Shown here: piece after piece, positions 1-9,540 of the stretch
How the letters are laid out: the number at the start of each line of letters is the position of its first letter
Numbering within the stretch: the first letter of the stretch is position 1
NCBI GenBank assembly: GCA_963693365.1
Contig: CAVNZM010000004.1
Location: 12,819,088-12,883,087, forward strand
Source of the DNA: Amoebidium appalachense
Lineage: Eukaryota > Protista > Ichthyosporea
DNA: 64,000 nt
Direction: 5' to 3'
Position numbers and translations under genes: made by a program
Notes under the pieces: generated by a model
What the model was told of the DNA's origin: nothing
The model's input: the letters and a program-made list of their open reading frames with translations, nothing else
Database searches by the model: none

Positions 1-821
1 CCCATCTCGTCACGCCAGGCCTTGCTGACCATGCGGCCGAGCGCAGAGGCGGACTTGCACTTGATGCCACGGTCGACCACGAACTTCCCCACCGTGACAT
101 GGTCGGAGAGGGTGGTGCCTTCGATGGCCCGCAGACCCTGGTTGGGGAGCAGCATGTTGGAGACCGAGTCGTTGACGAGCTGTCGCATGCGCGGATCACG
201 GTCCAGCCCCAGGCGCTCAAGCAGCGCCTCGTACTGAGCGAGGTTGTCCATAGCCATCTTCTGGTTCTCCCTCTCGAGACGCGTGATCTCCGCCTCCTCC
301 CGGCGCAGACGCAGCCTCCGCTCCTCCTCCAGCTCCTCGCGGCGGCGCTTGCGGTCAGGGGTCTCGTCCGTGCCGTTGCGGAAGAACTCGCGCTCCTCGG
401 GGGTGCTGTTGTCGTAGCGGGCCTCGATCTCGGGGATGAGAGAGAGATCACCTGACAGGAGACGGGCTATGTAGGTGGCACAAGTCTTGCGGAACTCGTG
501 CGCGCGCTTGCCGGGGAGCAGAAAGATGATCTCGATGAGGAACTTGAAGGGAGCTACAGGTGTCAACTTGCCCTTTCCGTCGATGCGGAGAACATGGTGT
601 CCATCAGACACCATCTTCTTGATGTTGGAGTCTGTGGAATTCCTGAGGTCTGCCCATGCACACTTCGCTGCATTGGTAGTGCCTAGTACCAGGGATGCTA
701 CGTCCAGCACACTTGCCATCTTGGTGTCTTGGTCAATGCGAACAGTAGCATCCTTGAACTGGGGGAACTCCTTCCACAGAAGCGACATGTCCACCTTTGA
801 GTTGCTCTGTCCGGTAGCCAT
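1..821 (-). CDS. Bro-N-like DNA-binding/coiled-coil protein of large-DNA-virus type (3' end outside the window)
   Basis: My translation from ATG 821 is open to base 1: MATGQSNSKVDMSLLW...KMASVLDV...LPGKRAHEFRKTCATYIARLLSGDLSLIPEIE...EELEEERRLRLRREE. It is absent from the ORF track because there is no stop in the window. The N-terminal domain is paralogous to the next ORF. Confidence 0.75.
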   Translation of the reverse strand, partial: MATGQSNSKVDMSLLWKEFPQFKDATVRIDQDTKMASVLDVASLVLGTTNAAKCAWADLRNSTDSNIKKMVSDGHHVLRIDGKGKLTPVAPFKFLIEIIFLLPGKRAHEFRKTCATYIARLLSGDLSLIPEIEARYDNSTPEEREFFRNGTDETPDRKRRREELEEERRLRLRREEAEITRLERENQKMAMDNLAQYEALLERLGLDRDPRMRQLVNDSVSNMLLPNQGLRAIEGTTLSDHVTVGKFVVDRGIKCKSASALGRMVSKAWRDEM

Positions 822-830
822 GCTGTGTCA

Positions 831-868
831 GACTGACCCCAGGTGGCCGTGTGTGCTCTATTTATACC
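831..868 (-). promoter_or_regulatory. TATA box plus initiator-like core promoter
   Basis: Minus strand GGTATAAATAGAGC (868-855), then TCAGTC starting at 836 (30 nt after the first T of TATA), then ATG at 821. Confidence 0.6.
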
Positions 869-932
869 TGCGCGTGGCACCCTCAGTCGTGCTGAGGGCA
901 GGTTGGTGCTTATCCATTGAAATGTCTTGGGG

Positions 933-2120
933 CTACTGCGCGTGCTCCTGGCTGGCTTTCTTGAACACGCTGATGACGAGGTCCCTTGTCAAGTCGTCTT
1001 CCATGTGCTCCCTCGCCATCTCCAGCATGGCCGCGGCAAAGGTCACAAAGTCCACACGGAACAGCTCGCGCTCAACGTTCTTGTGTTTAAGCGCGGTGTG
1101 CAGACACTTCTCTGCAAGCGCCAGCTGCTCGGACGGCACGGGAAGCGCAAAGAGCAGGCGCTTGTTGGGCCCCACATGCCACGTACCGGCCTGCTTCATG
1201 CGGCCCTTCACGTCCTTCAGGCTCTGGCCGATCTTCAGACAGGGCGGGTCGCCATACTCGGACACAAACACGTAGATACCGGACTGCTGCTTGGTGCACA
1301 CGTGGTTGGTGACCCGGCGCAGCTCATCACTGGCATCCTCGAATTCCGATGGAATTTGGTCCTGCTTGAGATTGTCTGTGGTCTGAAGTTCCAGAAGCCG
1401 ACACTGCACCTCGAGTTTCAGGCGCTCCTCCCGGATCACACTTGCCCGCTTGTCACACAGAGCGCCTTCCTCGCGCATCATCATGATCTCCGTGTACTGA
1501 GCAGATTCGGCGATGCGCGCCTCCTTGTACAGACTCAGTGCAGTTTCCATCTCGGCCTGGTTGGTCATGAATTGGGTGATGTCTCCGAGCTTCAGTCTCT
1601 TGGGCTCCCTCTCGGGGGTGCCGGCCGCACCCATTTCCCCCCTCACACTGTCGCGCATGAAAGCGTTGGGTCCTGACGGGTTGGCCGCTGCCGTGGCACG
1701 GTTGCGCTCAATGTCCTCCACGAGTGTTTCGTCTCCTCCTTCCAGGCGCGCTATATCTTGGGCCCACTTGTCAATGATCGCGGAACCATAGCGTGAGCCA
1801 GATGCAATTTTTAGGGTTAGCCTACCCAGCGACTTAGCAGGCACACCAGGTGATGCCTTCCCTCCGACTTGAAATTGACAGTTGGTCACATTAAGAGAAT
1901 CTTTGAGTTGAGGGTTTTTCTGCAAGAGACGGCGCAGATAGCAACCCGCTGCGTCTCTATCCAAACCGCGGACAAGCATGGTATAGTCCACCAAGCTTGC
2001 CATCTTCACACCGTCGACCTCACATACTCGAATGGCATAGTCGCCAATGCCAATACATTCGCCTTTTTCAGCGACAATCTCGTCTCCGGTCATTACGACT
2101 TCGTTGTGTTCAGTTTCCAT
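933..2120 (-). CDS. Bro-N-like N-terminal domain, coiled coil and C-terminal T5orf172/GIY-YIG domain (395 aa)
   Basis: Likely start METEHNEV at 2120; the upstream extension in the ORF track is repeat DNA. KMASLVD...ARLEGGDETLVEDIE matches the first ORF. The C-terminus GIYVF..LKIGQS..VKGRMKQ..AEKCLHTALK..ERELF fits the T5orf172/MUG113 pattern. Confidence 0.8.
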   Translation of the reverse strand: METEHNEVVMTGDEIVAEKGECIGIGDYAIRVCEVDGVKMASLVDYTMLVRGLDRDAAGCYLRRLLQKNPQLKDSLNVTNCQFQVGGKASPGVPAKSLGRLTLKIASGSRYGSAIIDKWAQDIARLEGGDETLVEDIERNRATAAANPSGPNAFMRDSVRGEMGAAGTPEREPKRLKLGDITQFMTNQAEMETALSLYKEARIAESAQYTEIMMMREEGALCDKRASVIREERLKLEVQCRLLELQTTDNLKQDQIPSEFEDASDELRRVTNHVCTKQQSGIYVFVSEYGDPPCLKIGQSLKDVKGRMKQAGTWHVGPNKRLLFALPVPSEQLALAEKCLHTALKHKNVERELFRVDFVTFAAAMLEMAREHMEDDLTRDLVISVFKKASQEHAQ

Positions 2121-2129
2121 GGTTTGCGA

Positions 2130-2168
2130 GACTGAGGGGTTGGGTTGTGTGTTGGGCTCTTTTATACC
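2130..2168 (-). promoter_or_regulatory. TATA box plus initiator-like core promoter
   Basis: Minus strand GGTATAAAAGAGC (2168-2156), TCAGTC starting at 2135, ATG at 2120; same layout as 831-868. Confidence 0.6.
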
Positions 2169-2205
2169 TTCGGTCTCGGCACCGGAACGAACTGATCTTT
2201 TCAGG

Positions 2206-2430
2206 GGAGCGTGGGGGGCTGGGAGGGGCTGGGGGTGGCTGGGGGTGCCTCGTCTGCCTCGCATGCCACGCATGCCTCGCGCGCAGAACGGCTGTGTGCG
2301 CCGTGTGCGCGTGTGCCCGTGTGCCCGTGTGCCTCGCACGCCTCGCGCGCAGAACGTGTTCGTGCTTCCTCTATTGTTCCTCGTGTGCCCCCCACAGCCA
2401 CCCCCAGCCACCCAGGGCCCGGTGGGGGGG
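2206..2430. repeat. GC-rich intergenic repeat, copy A, with inverted arms
   Basis: GGCTGGGGGTGGCTGGGGG near 2228 is inverted relative to CCCCACAGCCACCCCCAGCC near 2390. The core GTGTTCGTGCTTCCT.TATTGTTCCTCGTGTGCCCC recurs near 3556. Confidence 0.8.
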
Positions 2431-2469
2431 GGGATTCTCCTCGTTTGATTTGAGTGGTCGTGTCATTTT

Positions 2470-3447
2470 ATGCATATTATGGAAATGCATGGCGCAGACC
2501 TCGCATACACAAAAGTTGTTCAAAAGTACTCGCGTGCGGATGGTCAGAGGGATTTTGCGGGTCTTGTGCGCTGGACCCCACCACCCCTCCGAAAAGGATC
2601 ACCAACTACGCAAAGCAGAGTCGGCCTGAAGGCGGCAGACGTCTACCTCGCCAAACACCGCTTCAGGGCTTCCCGTTACCACAAGGGGGGTACACCCCGT
2701 CCCAGTGTCTATGACTGTTTGCGCACCAGGGAGGGTAGAGCAAGCCTGCTCAAGGCACAGGCCAGAAATCCAGGCCGTCACATCCAAAATGCAGCCTCCA
2801 TAAACTTTGGCGTGCCTGGTCAGTTCAAGCCTGCTGTTGTCAAGCAGCTCTACTCCACCTACTGTCTCAAGGGACGCGTCCTCGACCCATGCATGGGGTG
2901 GGGCAACCGTCTGCTGGCAGCCCTGGCCAGCCCACACGTCACACACTACTACGGTGTCGACAGCAACGTCGACATGGCAGGTGCCTACCGGGATCTGCTG
3001 GCAGCATACAACACCGCAGGCAAGCGCGGGGCACAAGCGCTCCACGTGGATACAAAGTGGGCCCCGTTCGAGGCCGCGGCCGTGCACGGCAAGTTCGACT
3101 GCGCCTTCACGAGTCCACCATACTACAAAATAGAGTGCTACGCAAACATGCCAGCCTACTGCGACTACGAAGACTGGTGGGCCAGGTTCTACATCCCCAT
3201 GCTTGAAAAGGTCGTGGCGCACATGGACGCGGATGGCTTTGTCCTCATCAACATACGCCAGAGCATCACCGAAAGGAGGATGTGCAGGCACATGGCAGGC
3301 CTGGGCTGGCCCCTGTACACCAAACACCGCATGCCCATAGCCGTCCGGCCCGGCTCAGGGGTTGCTGGTAGGCTGGACTACGAGCCCATCTACGTGTTCA
3401 GGAGAAAGGGTGCCGTGTCAACTCCAGCCCGCCACACGACCAAATAA
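2470..3447 (+). CDS. DNA amino-methyltransferase (N4-cytosine or N6-adenine), virus/phage type
   Basis: SAM-binding motif VLDPCMGWGNRL, YYGVD, catalytic FTSPPYY, upstream QFKP motif; intronless, 325 aa. Confidence 0.85.
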   Translation: MHIMEMHGADLAYTKVVQKYSRADGQRDFAGLVRWTPPPLRKGSPTTQSRVGLKAADVYLAKHRFRASRYHKGGTPRPSVYDCLRTREGRASLLKAQARNPGRHIQNAASINFGVPGQFKPAVVKQLYSTYCLKGRVLDPCMGWGNRLLAALASPHVTHYYGVDSNVDMAGAYRDLLAAYNTAGKRGAQALHVDTKWAPFEAAAVHGKFDCAFTSPPYYKIECYANMPAYCDYEDWWARFYIPMLEKVVAHMDADGFVLINIRQSITERRMCRHMAGLGWPLYTKHRMPIAVRPGSGVAGRLDYEPIYVFRRKGAVSTPARHTTK

Positions 3448-3518
3448 AGTCGTGATCTCAAGAGAAAAGCCGCCCTGCGAGGCGCTGGCGCGGCTGGCGG
3501 GTACCTTGTGTGGTGTGT

Positions 3519-3622
3519 GCGTGTGCCCGTGTGCCTCGCCTGCCTCGCGCGGGGTGTGTTCGTGCTTCCTTTATTGTTCCTCGTGTGCCCCCCACAGCCC
3601 CCCACAGCCACCCCCAGCCACC
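3519..3622. repeat. GC-rich intergenic repeat, copy B (a partial copy C lies at about 4170-4265)
   Basis: Near-identical direct repeat of about 2309-2412. Confidence 0.8.
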
Positions 3623-3648
3623 CGCGCCCCCGGGGAGGTGTCACGCCA

Positions 3649-4062
3649 TCAACGCCCGGACTTCCGAGCCTCTGGCGCAGCGGCGGGTGCCGTGTGCACG
3701 GGTGGGGGGGCACTGTGAGGCCCAACCGGAAACAGCCCGTACAGGATGTCCTCCTCGCACGTCACCATGATCTCGTGCTTGTCCATGATCCTCATGGCGT
3801 GCGCGATGGTTTCGGCGGGCACGGGCGGGCCGTGGTTGAACAGGTGCACGCGCATCTCCTTGTCGGGGTGGAAGTGGTGGTTCGCCAGCACGTTCGCCAT
3901 GGCCGTCTTCCAGTCGGCCAGCTGCTCGACCTGGACGATCTGGTGGTCCGTCAGCACGTCGATGCGCCCGACCTTGGTGAGCGTGTCCTCGACGCCTTCC
4001 AGCCGGTCGGCCAGCTCGTATACGACCATGTTCCGTGCGAACTCAAGCTCGGTGTCCGTCAT
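3649..4062 (-). CDS. PD-(D/E)xK-like nuclease-fold protein with a degenerate motif
   Basis: GRIDVLTDHQIVQVEQLADWKTAMANVLAN; paralogue of the 4309-4983 N-terminus but with QVE in place of EVK. Confidence 0.65.
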   Translation of the reverse strand: MTDTELEFARNMVVYELADRLEGVEDTLTKVGRIDVLTDHQIVQVEQLADWKTAMANVLANHHFHPDKEMRVHLFNHGPPVPAETIAHAMRIMDKHEIMVTCEEDILYGLFPVGPHSAPPPVHTAPAAAPEARKSGR

Positions 4063-4308
4063 CACATACCGCACACATAAAATTCGCGTGCCGCCCCAAC
4101 CGGGTTACCCATTGACAATCACACATCGCACTTTCGACCTTGTGTATGCGCCCGACAATGTTGCGGCGCGTGGGGGGCTGGGGGGGGCTGGGCGGGGCTG
4201 GGGTGGCTGGGGGTGGGTGGGGGTGGCTGGGGGTGGCTGGGGGTGCCTCGCGTGCCTCGCGCGCGGGGTGGGGTGTGTGTGCGTTTGTGTGTTTCTTCTC
4301 GGACAACT

Positions 4309-4983
4309 CTAATTTGCCATGATCTTGCTATACACTATCTTGTGGGCACGGGTGTGTCTGCCAGGTTTCCCTATAGAGACACGCTCTCCTGCGGGAACAA
4401 ACGACGACCCGCCCAAAACCCGTGTCAGCACCGTTCCCAGTCTCTTGATCCCCACCTCGCAATCGTCCAACATATTTATATCAGCCCATTGTCGCATGCA
4501 ACCGGCCATCCCCGATGTCGTAACCCAGGTCCCATTCTCGATACCAAAGCTGTGTGTTCCGCGTGCGCCTGTCGCTATGTCCTTTAGAAAGTGTATTTCG
4601 TTCGACTCCTGTGCCCTGAGGCTCTCCGTTGGTTTTGTCCGGGTTGTGCAGATGTCCCCGTGACACCCCCAAATTAGCCGCAGAGTGTCGGGCTCCACCG
4701 TCACAAATACCCCAAGAGATTCTAAGGTCTCAACGGCAACCCTATAAACCTCGATGGATGCGTAACCAAACAGGTGCACACGAGCCTGTCGACCAGGGTA
4801 GAAGCGTTGGTACGCCTGCACCTGTCCAAGCGCCGCCTTCCACTGCGCCACACGCTTGACCTCGATGACCTGCGTGTCCGTGAGTATGTCGATTCGGCCG
4901 GCTGGCGTGACCACTTCGCACTTCCCCCCCTCAATCCTGGCTAACCGATCTCTGACCGACGCTTCATCATACGATGCCATCAT
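4309..4983 (-). CDS. PD-(D/E)xK-like nuclease-fold protein
   Basis: EVVTPAGRIDILTDTQVIEVKRVAQWKAALGQVQAY: D...ExK motif followed by GQxxxY, typical of the restriction-endonuclease-like fold. Confidence 0.75.
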   Translation of the reverse strand: MMASYDEASVRDRLARIEGGKCEVVTPAGRIDILTDTQVIEVKRVAQWKAALGQVQAYQRFYPGRQARVHLFGYASIEVYRVAVETLESLGVFVTVEPDTLRLIWGCHGDICTTRTKPTESLRAQESNEIHFLKDIATGARGTHSFGIENGTWVTTSGMAGCMRQWADINMLDDCEVGIKRLGTVLTRVLGGSSFVPAGERVSIGKPGRHTRAHKIVYSKIMAN

Positions 4984-5505
4984 AATAGGGTACCAAAAAA
5001 AACACGACTCATTTTTATATTATAAGCCAGTCCGGGTGTTATGAATCCGATATAACACCAATCACAACAAAACCACCGACACACCACCAACCTACCCAAG
5101 TTACCACCAACCTACCAACAGTAATCGCGATTTCGATTAGTAGAATTAGACCCAAACGTCGATTTCACTTATAAATAGTAGGTTGGGTAGGTTCAGTGGG
5201 TTGTTTTGGGGTTGAGTCGAGCTGGGGCAAAAACAAACGAACACCAACGATGTGTGTTTGGGGGGACCCCTCCGAGAACCTACCCAACCTACCGAAGTTA
5301 CCAAAACCCCCAACAACCAATGAAATACGCCCGTTAAACCAAGAAACCAATCGGATGGCTTTGTTAAAACGTTTGCGCAAAACCCAAGCTACCACCAAGT
5401 GGCCGAAGTTACTGAAAGGAAGCTGGCGATCACTTATGCGAAAGTATCTTCGAGAACGAAACTCGATAAGCACGCGAGCACCCCCCCCCCACACACACAC
5501 ACACA

Positions 5506-5645
5506 AAGCGCCCGGTGATAGCGCTCATGACACATCTCTCCAAGAACACATGTGCAAGCGCATGGTGATTGCGCTCATGACCCTACACTCAAACAACACA
5601 GGTGCAAGCACACGCATTGCCCCTCCCCCCCACCCCCCCCCCCCC

Positions 5646-5679
<34 letters not shown>

Positions 5680-6013
5680 CCCCCCACACACACACACACA
5701 AAGCGCCCGGTGATAGCGCTCATGACACATCTCTCCAAGAACACATGTGCAAGCGCACGGTGATTGCGCTCATGACCCTACACTCAAACAACACAGGTGC
5801 AAGCACACGCATTGCCCCTCCCCCCCCCCCCCCCCCCCCCCCCCCTCCCCCCCCCCCCCCCCCCCCCCACCCCTCCCCCCACACACACACACACAAAGCG
5901 CCCGGTGATAGCGCTCATGACACATCTCTCCAAGAACACATGTGCAAGCGCACGGTGATTGCGCTCATGACCCTACACTCAAACAACACAGGTGCAAGCA
6001 CACGCATTGCCCC

Positions 6014-6056
<43 letters not shown>

Positions 6057-6209
6057 ACCCCCCCCCACCTCCCCCCACACACACACACACAAAGCGCCCG
6101 GTGATAGCGCTCATGACACATCTCTCCAAGAACACATGTGCAAGCGCACGGTGATTGCGCTCATGACCCTACACTCAAACAACACAGGTGCAAGCACACG
6201 CATTGCCCC

Positions 6210-6241
<32 letters not shown>

Positions 6242-6420
6242 TTCCCCCCCTCCCCCCCCCCCCCTCCCCCCCCCCCCCCCCCCCCACCCCCACACACACC
6301 CACAAAGCCCCCGGTGATAGCGCTCATGCCTCAGCTCTCACACAACACATGTGGAAGCGCCCGGTGATAGCGCTCATGCCTCAGCTCTCACACAACACAT
6401 GTGGAAGCGCCCGGTGATAG
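5506..6420 (+). repeat. Array of about 50-52-bp units, mostly in pairs separated by poly-C/(CA)n
   Basis: Unit CGGTGAT(A/T)GCGCTCATGAC...AACACA(T/G)GTGCAAGC repeated about 10 times; reverse complement of the 9086-9440 array unit. Confidence 0.9.
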
Positions 6421-6762
6421 CACACTTTGCATCCCCCTCCCCCCCCACACACAAAGGCATTCGGGCACACACATGCACACTTTGCATCCCCCCCCCCCAC
6501 ACACACAAAGGCATTCGGGCACACACATGCACACTTTGCATCCCCCCCCCCCCCCCACACACAAAGGCATTCGGGCACACACATGCACACTTTGCATCCC
6601 CCCCCCCCCCCACACACACAAAGGCATTCGGGCACACACATGCACACTTTGCATCCCCCCCCCCCACACACAAAGGCATTCGGGCACACACATGCACACT
6701 TTGCATCCCCCCCCCCACACACAAAGGCATTCGGGCACACACATGCACACTTTGCATCCCCC
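6421..6762. repeat. Minisatellite, about 6 copies of a 55-60-bp unit
   Basis: CACACAAAGGCATTCGGGCACACACATGCACACTTTGCAT followed by a variable C-run. Confidence 0.9.
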
Positions 6763-6872
6763 TCCACCCCCTTCGTGAGAATGCACTGAGTGTCACATAT
6801 TTATAATATGTTGAATTTTATTGATTGTGAAAAAGCACGAAGTCGCCTACCCTAGTAATATGGTGATACCGA

Positions 6873-8732
6873 TCAGTCAGGCCATTGATCGTAAAAAGGC
6901 ACGAAGTCGCCTACCCTGCTAGTAATATGGTGATACCGATCACAGTCAGGCCAAAGTTCATCCCATGTGTTGGTTGCTGCTTCATAATACAACCAGTGGT
7001 CGTATGGTTCACCAACTACTTGCACATGGTGATTCCTGATGGCATCCTCGAGGACTATCTGACACGGCAGTTGCGGGTACCAATCCGCACCATCCAAAAC
7101 CTCGGCGATAGGAACAGCACTCCACAGGGCATCCGCGCTGGGAGACGTGTCAGGCTGGCCCGTGGTCTTGTTAATACCGATATAGCTGCCGCGCTGTTGT
7201 TCCAAATGGTCGGAGGGGGTTTGTACCCAAAATAACTCGATGTCTGCCTGCCAGGGGCAGACGCCGTCGGCATCGTTGAGCATGATTTGGTCAAATCCAC
7301 TCGGGGGGTAGATGACGGCCGCTTGCCGGGTTTCGGTGTCGTAAGCATACAACCCGTCAACAACGAATGGCAAATCTCTACCTTGCCCCTCCGCTTTGGC
7401 TGTTTTGAACTCTTCGCGCTCAACATCTTTCCTGATTGTGTCAATGAAGTCTCCCCAATCGAAGGGAAGCACCATGACGTGTCGTTTGTTCATGACGTCC
7501 ACAAGCATCTGCCACGACACGCCCACTTGCAGACGCCGCATGTATGTGGAAATTTCGACGGTTTCGATGTCGGTATCGATCTGGCCCAGGGGAACAAACT
7601 CGCCTTCTTCCTGCCCTTCCTGAATCTCGTAAGCAAACCACCCCGTGCACCGCCCGAATATGTTTTTGCGCTCGGCAGGCCCACCCTCGCTGTAATCCGC
7701 CTGGACCCTGCTAACTAAATTCGAAAGCTTTTTGTCCCATTCCAGCTTGTGTCTAATGATGTTTGCGTAGTCGTACAGGTGGGCTTGGGTACGGGGTGCA
7801 GTTGTAACTGGCGGGTTTGAGGCAGCTTGTGCCAAAATATTGGCCTTTTGGGTGGCCATATCTAGTATTATATTCGCATGGACATCGTCGTAGCCGTCGT
7901 CGTCGTGGTCCCTCCGGTGGGCATAATGGTCCATCAATCGCAGCAGCAAACACGTGTTAAACGACTCTAACGTATACGCAGAGCTGTCTAACTTGACAAC
8001 TCCTGCAGACCCTCGCAACCACGCAGTGCACGGCGGGTAATGCCGCAGTTTGCCGTCCCCCGTGTACCCCTCACTGGGGTGTGTCTCTACGATCCTTCTA
8101 ATAGCATCCTCAGGAAGTAAACCCCACCAGTTCCAGAACCTACTATCCTGAAAATCACTGTTATTCTCTATCGCGTATTGGACATCCGCCAAAGTGGAGG
8201 TTGCAAAAAACATATCGGCAAAGCTCTCGCTCGTTTTTTGGTCCAGTTCGGACATTTTTGCCGCAATCTCTGCTGCTGTGGCCTGCATCACCGTCCTAGT
8301 TGCAAGGCAACAGCGCCCTTCAGGGTTGTACACGGCCAGCTTGTCATAGCTTCGGAGGTACACCGCTGTGCATGCACGGAAACCTGCTTTCAACTCTTCC
8401 TGCAGTTGCAATAGACTCAACGAGGTGTCTACCTCAAACACAACAAAAGGGTGCAACGTTTCCACTAGAGTGACATCTTCGGGGGTTGAAACCGTGGCAA
8501 GGCCGTTGGTGTTTGCAAGAGAAAACACTACAACATCTTCCCCTACAGGGCCTAACAACAGCGGTGTCTTCGATGGAACGATCCGAACACGCACTGGCAT
8601 TGAGGGTGCAAGTCCCATTGCTGACAGCGAAATAATAATTCTGCCTATACCCTGCATGCCAAATCCTGTTGTGTTTTCGTGCAGCTGAGGTCGGTGTATT
8701 TGAAACGATTTGGATATAATAACATCAGTCAT
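6873..8732 (-). CDS. Hypothetical protein, 619 aa, intronless
   Basis: Long non-repetitive ORF with protein-like composition and CCAAT-type boxes upstream; no family recognised. Confidence 0.75.
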   Translation of the reverse strand: MTDVIISKSFQIHRPQLHENTTGFGMQGIGRIIISLSAMGLAPSMPVRVRIVPSKTPLLLGPVGEDVVVFSLANTNGLATVSTPEDVTLVETLHPFVVFEVDTSLSLLQLQEELKAGFRACTAVYLRSYDKLAVYNPEGRCCLATRTVMQATAAEIAAKMSELDQKTSESFADMFFATSTLADVQYAIENNSDFQDSRFWNWWGLLPEDAIRRIVETHPSEGYTGDGKLRHYPPCTAWLRGSAGVVKLDSSAYTLESFNTCLLLRLMDHYAHRRDHDDDGYDDVHANIILDMATQKANILAQAASNPPVTTAPRTQAHLYDYANIIRHKLEWDKKLSNLVSRVQADYSEGGPAERKNIFGRCTGWFAYEIQEGQEEGEFVPLGQIDTDIETVEISTYMRRLQVGVSWQMLVDVMNKRHVMVLPFDWGDFIDTIRKDVEREEFKTAKAEGQGRDLPFVVDGLYAYDTETRQAAVIYPPSGFDQIMLNDADGVCPWQADIELFWVQTPSDHLEQQRGSYIGINKTTGQPDTSPSADALWSAVPIAEVLDGADWYPQLPCQIVLEDAIRNHHVQVVGEPYDHWLYYEAATNTWDELWPDCDRYHHITSRVGDFVPFYDQWPD

Positions 8733-8860
8733 CGCGCTGATTGGCTAAACGCGGATGACACATCTTTTAACGGATGATTGGTTGGATAAATCTAGTTACC
8801 ATCGGCTAGCCGCGCTGATTGGCCAAATCCAATTGGTGTTGCTTCGGCATAACCCGTGCG

Positions 8861-9085
8861 CAAGCCCGAAAATTCGGATTTGTTTCTTGGTATTTTTTGA
8901 AGTCCGGAATATTTTTGCCTGGGGTGTATGGTATTTTTCATCCCCAGTTAAAGGGGGTGAAAGGGGGTTCCTATTTTAGCTTACCACGAAATTTGCAGGG
9001 GTTTACCATAAACTGAAAATATGATGGTATTTTTGAAACGTTTAGGGTATTTTTTACCGTAAAAACGGGGTTATGGTCGGGCCTG
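8861..9085. mobile_element. Non-autonomous hAT-like MITE, 225 bp
   Basis: Termini CAAGCCCGA / TCGGGCCTG (9-bp TIR, 1 mismatch) flanked by an exact 8-bp duplication CCCGTGCG (8853-8860, 9086-9093); AT-rich non-coding interior. Confidence 0.75.
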
Positions 9086-9440
9086 CCCGTGCGCTTGCAC
9101 CTGTGTTGCTTGAGAGTAGGGTCATGAGCGCTATCACCGTGCGCTTGCACCTGTGTTGTTGGCGAGTAGGGTCATGAGCGCTATCACCGTGCGCTTGCAC
9201 CTGTGTTGTTGGCGAGTAGGGTCATGAGCGCTATCACCGTGCGCTTGCACCTGTGTTGCTTGAGAGTAGGGTCATGAGCGCTATCACCGTGCGCTTGCAC
9301 CTGTGTTGTTGGCGAGTAGGGTCATGAGCGCTATCACCGTGCGCTTGCACCTGTGTTGCTTGAGAGTAGGGTCATGAGCGCTATCACCGTGCGCTTGCAC
9401 CTGTGTTGTTGGCGAGTAGGGTCATGATCGCTATCACCAT
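9086..9440 (-). repeat. Tandem array, 7 x 50 bp
   Basis: CCGTGCGCTTGCACCTGTGTTG(CTTGA/TTGGC)GAGTAGGGTCATGAGCGCTATCA, period 50. Confidence 0.95.
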
Positions 9441-9540
9441 ACCCTTGCTCATGAGCGCCCCCCCCCCTCCCCCCCCCCCAAACCCTCCTCCCATCTGCCC
9501 GCACAACCCCAACCCCACATTATATCGTGCACCGGGTAAC

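Noticed and set aside
22-1791. Plus-strand ORFs over the first two genes
   Set aside because: Antisense shadows of GC-rich minus-strand genes.
2121-2411. N-terminal extension of the 492-aa ORF
   Set aside because: Runs through the intergenic repeat and promoter; the ATG at 2120 fits the TATA/initiator layout.
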